From a virus (taxonomy: Duplodnaviria; Caudoviricetes), in the IMG/VR virus record IMGVR_UViG_3300032312_000528, positions 3,370-67,369 of that record: a stretch of DNA of 64,000 nucleotides, one strand, 5' to 3'. Numbering within the stretch: position 1 is the stretch's first letter; every line of letters begins with the position of its first letter. The notes beneath the pieces were generated by a model that saw only the letters and a list, made by a program, of their open reading frames with translations, searched no databases and was not told the origin of the DNA. Made by a program: the position numbers and the translations under genes. This document shows, one piece after another, positions 50,703 through 59,182 of the stretch.

Positions 50703-50918
50703 ATGTCAAAACCAAATTCATACACGGGACGCATGATGTCCCTCTTGACCATCTTAAAGCAAGGTGAGTCATTCCATACCGAGATTAAAGCCTCCATCGT
50801 CCTCCAATATGCGAAAGCAGAGGGCGTGGAGGTTACCACGGAGTCAATCATTCAAATCGATGAGTACAAATCTGCTCATCCTAGGCTAAGTAAACTAACA
50901 AAAGTAACAATCATATGA
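50703..50918 (+). CDS. Small probable DNA-binding protein (71 aa)
   Basis: LKQGESF pattern; own promoter upstream. Confidence 0.5.
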   Translation: MSKPNSYTGRMMSLLTILKQGESFHTEIKASIVLQYAKAEGVEVTTESIIQIDEYKSAHPRLSKLTKVTII

Positions 50919-51019
50919 TAGCAATATTCATTCTAGCGTTTATCATTTTTAGTATGATAATGGCAGTCTTCTCACAAGCAGTTCAAACATGGAAGTCAAA
51001 GGATGGGGATGACTTCTAA
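50915..51019 (+). CDS. Small membrane peptide (34 aa)
   Basis: MIAIFILAFIIFSMIMAVFSQ...; ATGA overlap. Confidence 0.5.
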   Translation: MIAIFILAFIIFSMIMAVFSQAVQTWKSKDGDDF

Positions 51020-51062
51020 AAAATAATTTGCATAGTAATTTATTTTAATGTAATATTGTAGA

Positions 51063-51239
51063 ATGCAAATAGGAGACAAAGTAAAATGGCGTTCCTTCAA
51101 GGTCATCGATAGGTGGGGAGAAGGCATCGTTATCCTTGTAGTTCGAAAAAAGCACCTCTATGAATATCACATCCAAACAAATATGTCGGGCATACACGCA
51201 GTCATCATTAGATACACTGGCGATGTACACCCTATATAG
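51063..51239 (+). CDS. Small SH3/KOW-like protein (58 aa)
   Basis: Manually found: MQIGDKVKW...GEGIVI; 4 nt after a promoter-like TAATATTG. Confidence 0.55.
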   Translation: MQIGDKVKWRSFKVIDRWGEGIVILVVRKKHLYEYHIQTNMSGIHAVIIRYTGDVHPI

Positions 51240-51287
51240 CCCGACACCTATGCACACTCACATTAACGAAAGTAAATTCAATAAAAA

Positions 51288-52016
51288 ATGTCAAGGTCAA
51301 ACCCAACATCAACAACAAGCAATCCCTCAACCAGATGGTTCGAGTGGGATTCAGACAACTCTTGCGTAAAGTATTACGACAAGGCAGAAAAGAAAAGCGT
51401 AATGGTTAAACTACCATTCACATTCCTAGTTCTAGATCAAACTGCCTCCATCACGGGGTGGAATGACCCATCCAAAAGTGGCGTCTACTCTAACGAGGTT
51501 AGGAGCACAAAAGCTAGCCCACTTCTAGTGCGTTCCTTTAAGGGGGGCACAATCGCTCAAGGTATCTACCAAGACATCAAAGAAAAAGTGAAGAGCGAAG
51601 GTGGTAAGTTCACAACCAACGTGTACATTGCCTACAAGGACGGAAGCGAGTACAAGATTGGTTGCATTATGTTCAAGGGAGCGTCTCTGCAATCATGGTC
51701 TGACTTTAGCAAAGCAAATCGCTCAAAGCTAGACACGGATGCCATCCAGATTGCATCATACGTTGAAGGCAAGAAGGGTAAGGTTAACTACACCACGCCC
51801 GTATTCAAAGTAATCGACGCGTCTAAGGAAGCTGGAGTTAAAGCAATCGAATTGGACAAGGTTCTACAAGCGTACTTCACCGAGTACATGGGTAAAGCCA
51901 TAGCCGAGGAAACAACGTCCACCACAAGCGCTCCTAGTGAGTCTGAGGCAAAGGATATGCTGGCTCAACACGGATGGACTCCAATTGAAGAACCAGAGGA
52001 TGATTTGCCTTTCTAA
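51288..52016 (+). CDS. Single-stranded DNA-binding/annealing protein (242 aa)
   Basis: Acidic C-terminal EEPEDDLPF tail; precedes the recombination ATPase. Confidence 0.65.
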   Translation: MSRSNPTSTTSNPSTRWFEWDSDNSCVKYYDKAEKKSVMVKLPFTFLVLDQTASITGWNDPSKSGVYSNEVRSTKASPLLVRSFKGGTIAQGIYQDIKEKVKSEGGKFTTNVYIAYKDGSEYKIGCIMFKGASLQSWSDFSKANRSKLDTDAIQIASYVEGKKGKVNYTTPVFKVIDASKEAGVKAIELDKVLQAYFTEYMGKAIAEETTSTTSAPSESEAKDMLAQHGWTPIEEPEDDLPF

Positions 52017-52123
52017 AATGTCAAAAGCAAAAGAATTGTTCATGCAGATAAAAGAGAGGGAGTCTATTAAGGCTCTCGCTCTTGAGTCTGATATACCCAA
52101 ACACTTACACCCAATTAAGAATC

Positions 52124-53356
52124 ATGAAAGTAAAAAAAGTATCAATCAAGGACTTCAAAGTCCTAAAGAACATTGAGAAAGAAATCAATGGCAACAACAT
52201 TATTCTCCTAGGAGACAACGGGAAGGGCAAGAGCTCCTTCATTCAATTCATAGAGATAGCACTCGGAAAGCAGACAACCATACCAGACATCCAACACGGA
52301 GAGGGTACAATATGGGTTGACAAGGCTGGTCAAGAGTGGACGTTCCACGTTGAGTGGAAAAAGGGGAAGCCTTTGGTGACCGTGACTAGCCCAGACGGGT
52401 TCAAGGACAATCGTAAAAGCGTCCTAGCCAATGTGGTGGGAGCGATGGACTTCGACATAGATGCATTCGTAGAGATGTCTGAGACCACAGCAGGTCGCAA
52501 GGAGCAGGTCAAGGTGTACAAGTCTTTCCTCCCACAAGAGGTTCAAGAGTTTGTATCCGATCAAGAGTACAGAGTAAAGCGTTCGTACGATGAGCGTACC
52601 GAGAAGAATAGAGAGGTTAAAACCCTACAAGGGGCAATAGCAGAGCACCCGTTTACGAAGGTGTTGGATATGCCAGAGAAACGCATCGACATCCAATCTA
52701 TCACGGCTCAAATTGAATCGGCTTTAGAGCACAACAAGAAGGTGCAAGGAGCGAAGGAAAGGTTTGAATCTAGAAAGCGTGACATCGATGCTATAGCAGA
52801 GCAGATAAAAGACCTAGTAGGAAAGCGTCACTCCTTAATAGAGATGAACGCAGAGGCTGAGACATGGATAAGGCAGAACGATGAGCAAGACGTTAGTGGC
52901 ATGATGGCTTTGAAAGACAAAGCATTCGAGATTAACGCCAACTTTGAAAAGAAGGCAGACTACGAAAAGCAGGTAGCTATGATGCAAGCATTGAGCGAGG
53001 AAAGTGGTGAGCTGACTGCATTTATAGAGTCAAGCAACCAAGCAATTGCCGATGCGATTAGAGACTGCGACTCACCCGTGGATGGGTTGACATTTGATGC
53101 AGATAGTCTAATATATAATGGAGTTCCAGTGTCAAATGCGTCCCTATCATCGTCTGAGATTATGCATCTGGGGATCAAGCTAAAGATGGCTGAGAATCCA
53201 GAGCTGGGAATACTATTCATCCAGAGGGGAGAGAGTCTTGGTGCTCAGAGGCTGAAAGATATCCAATCCTTAGCTAAGAAGTATGACTGGCAGATAATCA
53301 TGGAGCAAGTGGAACGTGGCAACGAGAAGTTGACAATAGAAATAATGGAGGGATAA
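52124..53356 (+). CDS. SMC/Rad50-like ABC ATPase with coiled coil (410 aa)
   Basis: Walker A GDNGKGKSS, central coiled coil, signature LSSSE, degenerate Walker B FIQRGE. Confidence 0.8.
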   Translation: MKVKKVSIKDFKVLKNIEKEINGNNIILLGDNGKGKSSFIQFIEIALGKQTTIPDIQHGEGTIWVDKAGQEWTFHVEWKKGKPLVTVTSPDGFKDNRKSVLANVVGAMDFDIDAFVEMSETTAGRKEQVKVYKSFLPQEVQEFVSDQEYRVKRSYDERTEKNREVKTLQGAIAEHPFTKVLDMPEKRIDIQSITAQIESALEHNKKVQGAKERFESRKRDIDAIAEQIKDLVGKRHSLIEMNAEAETWIRQNDEQDVSGMMALKDKAFEINANFEKKADYEKQVAMMQALSEESGELTAFIESSNQAIADAIRDCDSPVDGLTFDADSLIYNGVPVSNASLSSSEIMHLGIKLKMAENPELGILFIQRGESLGAQRLKDIQSLAKKYDWQIIMEQVERGNEKLTIEIMEG

Positions 53357-53358
53357 TC

Positions 53359-53499
53359 ATGTCAGGACTACAACTATCCGTGCAGACCATAGAGTACTGC
53401 GCCTTCAGAGGCATTGACCCTATACTTTACTCCAGATGGAGAAGGTTCATAGAGGTTCAGACATTAAGAATACATCACAAAAAACAGTTAGAAAAATAA
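53359..53499 (+). CDS. Small hypothetical protein (46 aa)
   Basis: Manually found gap-filling ORF. Confidence 0.45.
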   Translation: MSGLQLSVQTIEYCAFRGIDPILYSRWRRFIEVQTLRIHHKKQLEK

Positions 53500-53504
53500 A
53501 AATC

Positions 53505-53924
53505 ATGGTACAATCAAAAACAGAGAGAGACTTAACTATCCTATTGAGATACATTAAGTCAACATTCGGAAAGGGTTCATTTATGCGCAGAGACGTTCTG
53601 GACTTCATGGAGGACAACAACATTCCTAATCCTATCTTTAACCACCTAATGAACTTCGGTCCATTCGACAAGGTAGCACCTAGAACGTATGCCATATCTC
53701 AATTCTTTAAGAAGTCTGACACGCTACAAATCGTTGAGTTTGTAGCCACCAACATTGCCTCTGAGGCAAGGAACAGACACGCTTTAAAAAGAGCTGGAGA
53801 CGATGGGTTTGGTGAGCCTAGTGCTTACGACAAGTCTTTGGAAGAGGTCACTAGTCAGAAGGAAATCGCTGAAGCAATCATGTTGCTAAAGGATAACGGA
53901 TTTACAATCTCCATTGAACTTTAA
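53505..53924 (+). CDS. Hypothetical protein (139 aa)
   Basis: Start moved to ATG 53505. Confidence 0.6.
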   Translation: MVQSKTERDLTILLRYIKSTFGKGSFMRRDVLDFMEDNNIPNPIFNHLMNFGPFDKVAPRTYAISQFFKKSDTLQIVEFVATNIASEARNRHALKRAGDDGFGEPSAYDKSLEEVTSQKEIAEAIMLLKDNGFTISIEL

Positions 53925-53929
53925 TTAAA

Positions 53930-53979
53930 GCCACGCACGAGGTGGCAAACTTATTTTGGATGGGAGCTCGTGCCTCCCA
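53930..53979 (+). promoter_or_regulatory. Two hairpins with complementary 7-nt loops in the initiator leader
   Basis: GCCAC-GCACGAG-GTGGC and TGGGAG-CTCGTGC-CTCCCA. Confidence 0.65.
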
Positions 53980-53990
53980 CCTTTTATACC

Positions 53991-54512
53991 ATGAGCAAAT
54001 TCGCAATCAACACAGAGACATACCAACTTATAAAAAATATGCCAGACGAGGATGTAGGCAAGTTGTTTAAAGCTATCTACGAGTATCAAATTGACGGGAT
54101 AGAAAAGCCTTCCCCAGAGGTAGAAATGACATTTAAAATATTCTTATTATTTTTTGCCAAAGACAAAGAGCTTTCTATGGCTAGAGCAAAGGCTGGAACT
54201 AAAGGCGGAAGACCTAAGGATACCGAGACTGAGGTAAAACCAAAACGATTAGTTTCAACTAGCAATCAAACCGCCCCAATTGAAAACAGGAAGGATAGAT
54301 TTAAAAGTTCTCTTTCGCCACACATAGAAAAGTACGGAAGGGATATGCTAAATGCGTTCTTTAAGTACTGGACAGAGCCAAACGCATCCAACACAAAGAT
54401 GAGATTTGAGCTAGAGAAGACTTGGTCGGTTGATTTAAGATTAAGCAACTGGGCAAGGAACAATAAAGAAATTATACCAACAAGCACAGAAATAAAAATA
54501 AACAAGATATGA
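53991..54512 (+). CDS. Replication initiator-like protein (173 aa; DUF6291-like N-terminus)
   Basis: LIKNMPDEDVGKLFKAIYEY, KGGRPK linker, FFKYWTE..KMRFELEKTW..RLSNW; upstream of DnaB. Confidence 0.7.
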   Translation: MSKFAINTETYQLIKNMPDEDVGKLFKAIYEYQIDGIEKPSPEVEMTFKIFLLFFAKDKELSMARAKAGTKGGRPKDTETEVKPKRLVSTSNQTAPIENRKDRFKSSLSPHIEKYGRDMLNAFFKYWTEPNASNTKMRFELEKTWSVDLRLSNWARNNKEIIPTSTEIKINKI

Positions 54513-54838
54513 CACCAACAATAGGACAACTATGCGAGGCTCTGGACAACTACAAAAGTGTGTTTAAGGAGTGCTCAAGTATAACGGGTAACGATCAGAA
54601 GTTTGCATTCATAATGGATAGCCACATGGAGTATGGACTATGCTACTACTTTGAGGTAGTAGAGGATATAGAATGCGACTACACAAGCGTATTCCTAACC
54701 ACTAATGGGTTTAGCCCTAATCGGGCTGGGTATATAGGAAGCACGCCAACTGTACTACATAGATTTGGGAAGAACCCTGCCATTGGGCTTAGGTCAAGGA
54801 TTAGAACACTAGAAGAATTAATAAAAAATAACGAATAA
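54509..54838 (+). CDS. Hypothetical protein (109 aa)
   Basis: Coupled ORF. Confidence 0.6.
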   Translation: MTPTIGQLCEALDNYKSVFKECSSITGNDQKFAFIMDSHMEYGLCYYFEVVEDIECDYTSVFLTTNGFSPNRAGYIGSTPTVLHRFGKNPAIGLRSRIRTLEELIKNNE

Positions 54839-54839
54839 C

Positions 54840-55091
54840 ATGACAGGATTTAACAAATTTACAACCGTTATTAAGACGGAGGAAAACAAGCACCTCATCT
54901 TCCCATTCCTTAAGAGTCTGGGTGGAAGGGACAGACACAACATGGAGTCTCTTATGGACTTATCATCAGTAGCGCACGTTAACAAGTACTACATTGGGGG
55001 CGTACACGGAGACACGATAATTCCAATGTACCATGACCTTGGTGATCACATGGAGAACATAGTAGAAATACCTAAAGACTTTAAGCCATGA
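54840..55091 (+). CDS. Hypothetical protein (83 aa)
   Basis: Coupled ORF. Confidence 0.55.
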   Translation: MTGFNKFTTVIKTEENKHLIFPFLKSLGGRDRHNMESLMDLSSVAHVNKYYIGGVHGDTIIPMYHDLGDHMENIVEIPKDFKP

Positions 55092-55288
55092 AAATAGAGA
55101 AATTTGTAGCAACAGAGAACGGTCAAGCCGCAGTCCTAGAGGGTGCAAAGAGCTGTGACCTAACCAGAATTAAGAAAGGGTACACATACTACGCCTTTGT
55201 TACAGAGGAGAAGTCATGGATAAAGCATTCCAACTCGCTGACTAACGAGGAGAGGCAGTGGGTAATTAAACACGAATCAACCTCATGA
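55088..55288 (+). CDS. Hypothetical protein (66 aa)
   Basis: Coupled ORF. Confidence 0.55.
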   Translation: MKIEKFVATENGQAAVLEGAKSCDLTRIKKGYTYYAFVTEEKSWIKHSNSLTNEERQWVIKHESTS

Positions 55289-56577
55289 TAGGACAAAAAT
55301 TACCACCACAAGCAGTAGAGTTTGAGAAAGCAATCTTAGGAGCTCTTATGGTCGAGAAGAACGCAATGGATAAAGTGACAAGGCTTAACGCTAACCACTT
55401 CTACATCGAGGAGCACTCGCTTATATTCCAAGCAATGGCAGACCTGCATCACGACTCTAAACCTATCGACATCTTAACCGTCCAAGAGCAACTCACAAAG
55501 AGTGGAGACTTGGAGAAGGCAGGTGGAATGTACGCCCTAGCGACCCTCACATCAAGGGTTAGTTCAGCGGCCAACATAGAGTACCACTCGACGATTGTTA
55601 TACAGAAGTACAACTTAAGGGAAATTATCAGAGTGTCTGGCATGGCAATGGAGCAGGCGTTTAGCGATGCAGGTGATCCTGCCGAGATACAAGGGATTGT
55701 ATTCAGTGAGCTGGAGAAGACGCAACTGAGCGCCTCTGGTGAGCCCGTAGCCCTATCGAAGGTGGCATCCGACACTCTCAAGGAGTTGCAAGCTATCCAA
55801 GATTCTGACAAGATGATTACCGGCATAGACACGGGATACCAAAAGGTAAACATTATCACAAACGGATGGCACGCGCCAAACCTAATCATCTTAGCAGGAA
55901 GACCTGGAACTGGCAAGACAGCCTCAGCCCTTAACTTTATCTACAACATTGTGGCGCAAGGCATACCTGCGGCTTTCTTCTCATTAGAGATGTCATCAAG
56001 GGAGCTGATGGGCAGGATACTGTCCATCTCAGCAGGAGTTCACTCCGACAGACTAAGGAACGCAGACCTGTCGCACCAGAATTGGGAGAACATACACAAG
56101 CAGAACTTTAACCTACCACTATACATAGACGACACATCAAGCCTATCGATCCTTGAGTTTAAGGCAAAGTCTAGAAAGCTAGTAAGAAAGTTTGGTGTCA
56201 AGTTTATTGTGGTAGACTATGTTCAGCTGATGACTGCCAACGTAAAGGGTAACAGAGAGCAAGAGATTGCAACCATCGCCCGTAACCTAAAGGGTACTGC
56301 AAAGGAGTTAAACGTACCAATACTAGCACTTGCTCAGTTGAGCAGAGACGTAGAGAAAAGAGGTCCAGAGTCCAAGCCTAGGCTGTCTGACCTTAGAGAG
56401 TCTGGTAGCCTTGAGCAGGATGCCGATGCAGTTATATTTTTATACGATCCAAACTCTACAGACAAGAGCGTATACGAGACACCAATAGAGTTTATATGGG
56501 CGAAGCACAGGAACGGGGCTTGCCTATCAACCGACTTAATGTTCCACAAACCAACACAGAAATTCACCACAATATAG
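55285..56577 (+). CDS. dnaB: Replicative DNA helicase DnaB
   Basis: LPPQAVEFEKAILG, LAGRPGTGKT, FSLEMS, VDYVQLM, LAQLSR, LSDLRESGSLEQDAD, AKHRNG. Confidence 0.97.
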   Translation: MIGQKLPPQAVEFEKAILGALMVEKNAMDKVTRLNANHFYIEEHSLIFQAMADLHHDSKPIDILTVQEQLTKSGDLEKAGGMYALATLTSRVSSAANIEYHSTIVIQKYNLREIIRVSGMAMEQAFSDAGDPAEIQGIVFSELEKTQLSASGEPVALSKVASDTLKELQAIQDSDKMITGIDTGYQKVNIITNGWHAPNLIILAGRPGTGKTASALNFIYNIVAQGIPAAFFSLEMSSRELMGRILSISAGVHSDRLRNADLSHQNWENIHKQNFNLPLYIDDTSSLSILEFKAKSRKLVRKFGVKFIVVDYVQLMTANVKGNREQEIATIARNLKGTAKELNVPILALAQLSRDVEKRGPESKPRLSDLRESGSLEQDADAVIFLYDPNSTDKSVYETPIEFIWAKHRNGACLSTDLMFHKPTQKFTTI

Positions 56578-56579
56578 CC

Positions 56580-56939
56580 ATGAAAAGTTTAGAACAAATT
56601 CAAGAAAAAATCGAAAAGCTCCTACAAGACGCACAAGTAGAAGTCATGAGCGAGAAGGACAAGAAGGCCATCTCAACCAAGCTAGAGTTCAACAGAGCAA
56701 TAGCCCACTATTTAGAAACCGAACCATCAGAAGCCTTTGTTAGGGCACAAATGGAAAGACTGGAAAACCTTATCGACTTAGCCGAGGAGGCTTGGAAGGA
56801 TGAGTACATGAAGCACGCCTACACCTACGATAGGATGGTGGTCAGCACAGTAAACAAACGCAAGAGGGAGTTCCTTAAGGACTTAAACCTAGCAGACGTC
56901 AAGAAGCAACTTAAAAACTTAGCATACATCCTATCATGA
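56580..56939 (+). CDS. Hypothetical coiled-coil protein (119 aa)
   Basis: Start moved to ATG 56580. Confidence 0.6.
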   Translation: MKSLEQIQEKIEKLLQDAQVEVMSEKDKKAISTKLEFNRAIAHYLETEPSEAFVRAQMERLENLIDLAEEAWKDEYMKHAYTYDRMVVSTVNKRKREFLKDLNLADVKKQLKNLAYILS

Positions 56940-57160
56940 ACGAAGACATATACGCAATGGTGTGCAGGCTTTACTTTAGGTCAGACGCATCGATAGATGA
57001 CATTGTCCAGATCATTGGAGGCACACTGCTGAAATACAGGCACAGGGACGAGGATGGCAAGATAACCAAGTTCAATGTCATGTCCAGAGCTGTCGAGGTT
57101 ATTATAGATAACGAGTTTCAGGCACACAAGCAGGCCAAACAATTTGTCACAAGAAGATAA
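56936..57160 (+). CDS. Hypothetical protein (74 aa)
   Basis: Coupled ORF. Confidence 0.55.
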   Translation: MNEDIYAMVCRLYFRSDASIDDIVQIIGGTLLKYRHRDEDGKITKFNVMSRAVEVIIDNEFQAHKQAKQFVTRR

Positions 57161-57198
57161 TTGCATAGTAATTAATTTTTATTTATATTTGTACTCGC

Positions 57199-57417
57199 AT
57201 GAATAAGCCTACAAAATCACCAATAGACACCCACATTGACTCAATAGTCAATAAATTAAAGGTTAAACACAAGCACGCGTCTAGAAATAGATACGCTGAT
57301 GTAGTAGACTTTTTCTACGGACCACACTTAGAAGGGGTGGTTGAAATACACATAACAGACTTAGAAGAATCATTGGAAACAGGAACACTACCTAAAAAAA
57401 TCAAGAATTTAATATGA
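57199..57417 (+). CDS. Hypothetical protein (72 aa)
   Basis: Own promoter TATATTTG at 57184-57191. Confidence 0.6.
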   Translation: MNKPTKSPIDTHIDSIVNKLKVKHKHASRNRYADVVDFFYGPHLEGVVEIHITDLEESLETGTLPKKIKNLI

Positions 57418-57653
57418 ATCAGAGACCACCGTCAGACGACTTACAACCAGGAGAGCATGACCACGAAACACACAACTCAATTAAACTACCAACACACTTC
57501 AACTTTACCGTGTGGTATGTGGACGAGTACGGTAACGATCAGTCAGCTCCCTGTGTGGCAGAGAACCAGTACCAAGCCAGATGGAGTATTATCAACTCAG
57601 ACATCAAAATGAAGTACGTTATAAGGGTTGAAAAAGGAAGCGCAATTAGGTAA
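57414..57653 (+). CDS. Hypothetical protein (79 aa)
   Basis: Coupled ORF. Confidence 0.55.
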   Translation: MNQRPPSDDLQPGEHDHETHNSIKLPTHFNFTVWYVDEYGNDQSAPCVAENQYQARWSIINSDIKMKYVIRVEKGSAIR

Positions 57654-57886
57654 TGGAGTACCAGAAGGTTGTCTCATATAGACCGGCAGACTATGATGAA
57701 GTCGGAGAGATGTTAGTCCCAGAGAGCTGGGATGACCTTTGGTTGGTGCAGTGGGGTGTATACCCAGTGTCTAAACAAGACTCGGATGGAGTATGGAGAT
57801 ATCACGAACAGACAGTGGCCATATGCAAGGATGAAACAGGAAAGATTCATATTGTCGATCCAGAGTTCTTAAGTTTAGTAAATTAA
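57653..57886 (+). CDS. Hypothetical protein (77 aa)
   Basis: Coupled ORF. Confidence 0.6.
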   Translation: MEYQKVVSYRPADYDEVGEMLVPESWDDLWLVQWGVYPVSKQDSDGVWRYHEQTVAICKDETGKIHIVDPEFLSLVN

Positions 57887-57892
57887 GTGGCA

Positions 57893-57960
57893 TCGCGGTT
57901 AGCTCAGTGGTAGAGTCCTTTTAGAAGGGGCGCATGGGTTCGATCCCCATACCGTGATCA
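57893..57960 (+). ncRNA. tRNA-like RNA with truncated anticodon arm
   Basis: Acceptor TCGCGGT/ACCGTGA, TA, D-arm GCTC-AGTGGTA-GAGT, short CCTT-TTAG-AAGG arm, T-arm ATGGG-TTCGATC-CCCAT; no 7-nt anticodon loop, no encoded CCA. Confidence 0.75.
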
Positions 57961-57997
57961 ATAAAGATCTTTCGTGTCATGGTATATTAATAAGTAA

Positions 57998-58027
57998 AAA
58001 AGCCCCAATCGCAAGAAAGGGGCTTTT
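57998..58027. terminator. Bidirectional terminator between convergent units
   Basis: AAAAGCCCC...GGGGCTTTT with A/T runs on both sides. Confidence 0.85.
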
Positions 58028-58048
58028 ATTTTTTAAGTGGTTTTGAGA

Positions 58049-58729
58049 TTAGTAAACTCTTCTCAACTTAGCCGCAGTTGGGCCAGTGAAGATTAGTTCG
58101 AACTCAGCTACGTTTTGAGCTGGAGTAACAACCAATGAATCACCACCTGTCAATGCAGTTGTACCTACAGTGATACCAGTAGCAACAGCTAAGGTTAAGT
58201 TGTTAGTTGCTCCTGCATTTTCAAGTACAAATCTGTAGATACCTTTACCTGTAACGCCTAATTCAGTTGATAACTGAGTAGCAGTTCTAAGGGTAATGGT
58301 AACAGCAGCTGCTGTAGTTGAAGTGAAGTAAGCTTTGGTCATGTCACCGTCAGCAATAGTTGCTGATGTGTTGATAGCTACAGGAGCGCTTGGCTCATAA
58401 GCTACACCTGAACCGAAGGTAGCTAAACCACTAGCAGAGAATGTTCCAACAACAGCCAATGAAGGAGCTGTGTCAACATTTGCTAATGCAACGATTTGGT
58501 CTAGAGTTTGAGAAACATAGTACTTAATTGTACCTGCACCAGCAGGACCACCATTGTAGCATTCTACTGTGGTGTTTGCGCCTGTCATGATGTTTACGCC
58601 ATCACCACTACCAGCTACATAAGGGTAGCATTTAGCAATAAATGTGGTGTTGAACAATTGATTTTGAGGAGCCGCGTAAGCGGTTACGTTGTAACCGATA
58701 ACGGTTAACTTGATTTGTGATGCTGCCAT
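58049..58729 (-). CDS. Highly expressed Ala/Thr-rich structural (capsid decoration-like) protein (226 aa)
   Basis: Codon usage like the MCP; TTAAAVTITLRTA motif; own promoter TAAATTTG (58766-58759) and terminator. Confidence 0.6.
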   Translation of the reverse strand: MAASQIKLTVIGYNVTAYAAPQNQLFNTTFIAKCYPYVAGSGDGVNIMTGANTTVECYNGGPAGAGTIKYYVSQTLDQIVALANVDTAPSLAVVGTFSASGLATFGSGVAYEPSAPVAINTSATIADGDMTKAYFTSTTAAAVTITLRTATQLSTELGVTGKGIYRFVLENAGATNNLTLAVATGITVGTTALTGGDSLVVTPAQNVAEFELIFTGPTAAKLRRVY

Positions 58730-58843
58730 GATTAAATTGAATTAAATTAAATTGAATACAAATTTAACCTTCATAGTGATAGGTTGTTAAAATTTGGCGA
58801 TAATATATTTTACTGTGCAAGATATTCTTTATATATTTGCACT

Positions 58844-59182
58844 ATGTCAGTACAGTTGAACCTTAGCAATTACATCGAAATCAATATAAACAATCCTGCA
58901 ACAGAGGAGGATATAAAAAATATTTCTAGAATGAGAGATATCCCAGAGCATGAGGTGGGAGTCCTTCTGTCTTACAATGTTATAACATTCCCACAATTAG
59001 CCCTCCTTACAGGGGTGTCTGAGAGTCAGCTAAGGAACGCTAGTGTTCCATCCGTTAAACGTAATGGTGTGGCGTCTTGTTGGTTGACCTTGTGTAACCC
59101 ATTCCCAGACGAGAGGAAGGGCAAGCTGTTCATCCTTGTCAACGACAAGTGTATGCAGTACATTAGAAAGACTCTTAGATAA
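58844..59182 (+). CDS. HTH-like DNA-binding protein (112 aa)
   Basis: ITFPQLALLTGVSESQLRN; ATG 58844 lies 4 nt after TATATTTG. Confidence 0.55.
   Translation: MSVQLNLSNYIEININNPATEEDIKNISRMRDIPEHEVGVLLSYNVITFPQLALLTGVSESQLRNASVPSVKRNGVASCWLTLCNPFPDERKGKLFILVNDKCMQYIRKTLR

Noticed and set aside
43643-51000. Apparent codon and k-mer shift in the early region (frequent AGC/GCG), suggesting restriction-site avoidance
   Set aside because: Visual impression only; candidate motifs such as CCAG, CTGG and CCGG still occur. A k-mer observed/expected calculation is needed before any claim.
57893-57960. Annotation as a functional tRNA with a specific anticodon, or an adjacent theta (HDV-like) ribozyme
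   Set aside because: The anticodon loop is only 3-4 nt, and the 3' trailer is AT-rich with no nested double pseudoknot.
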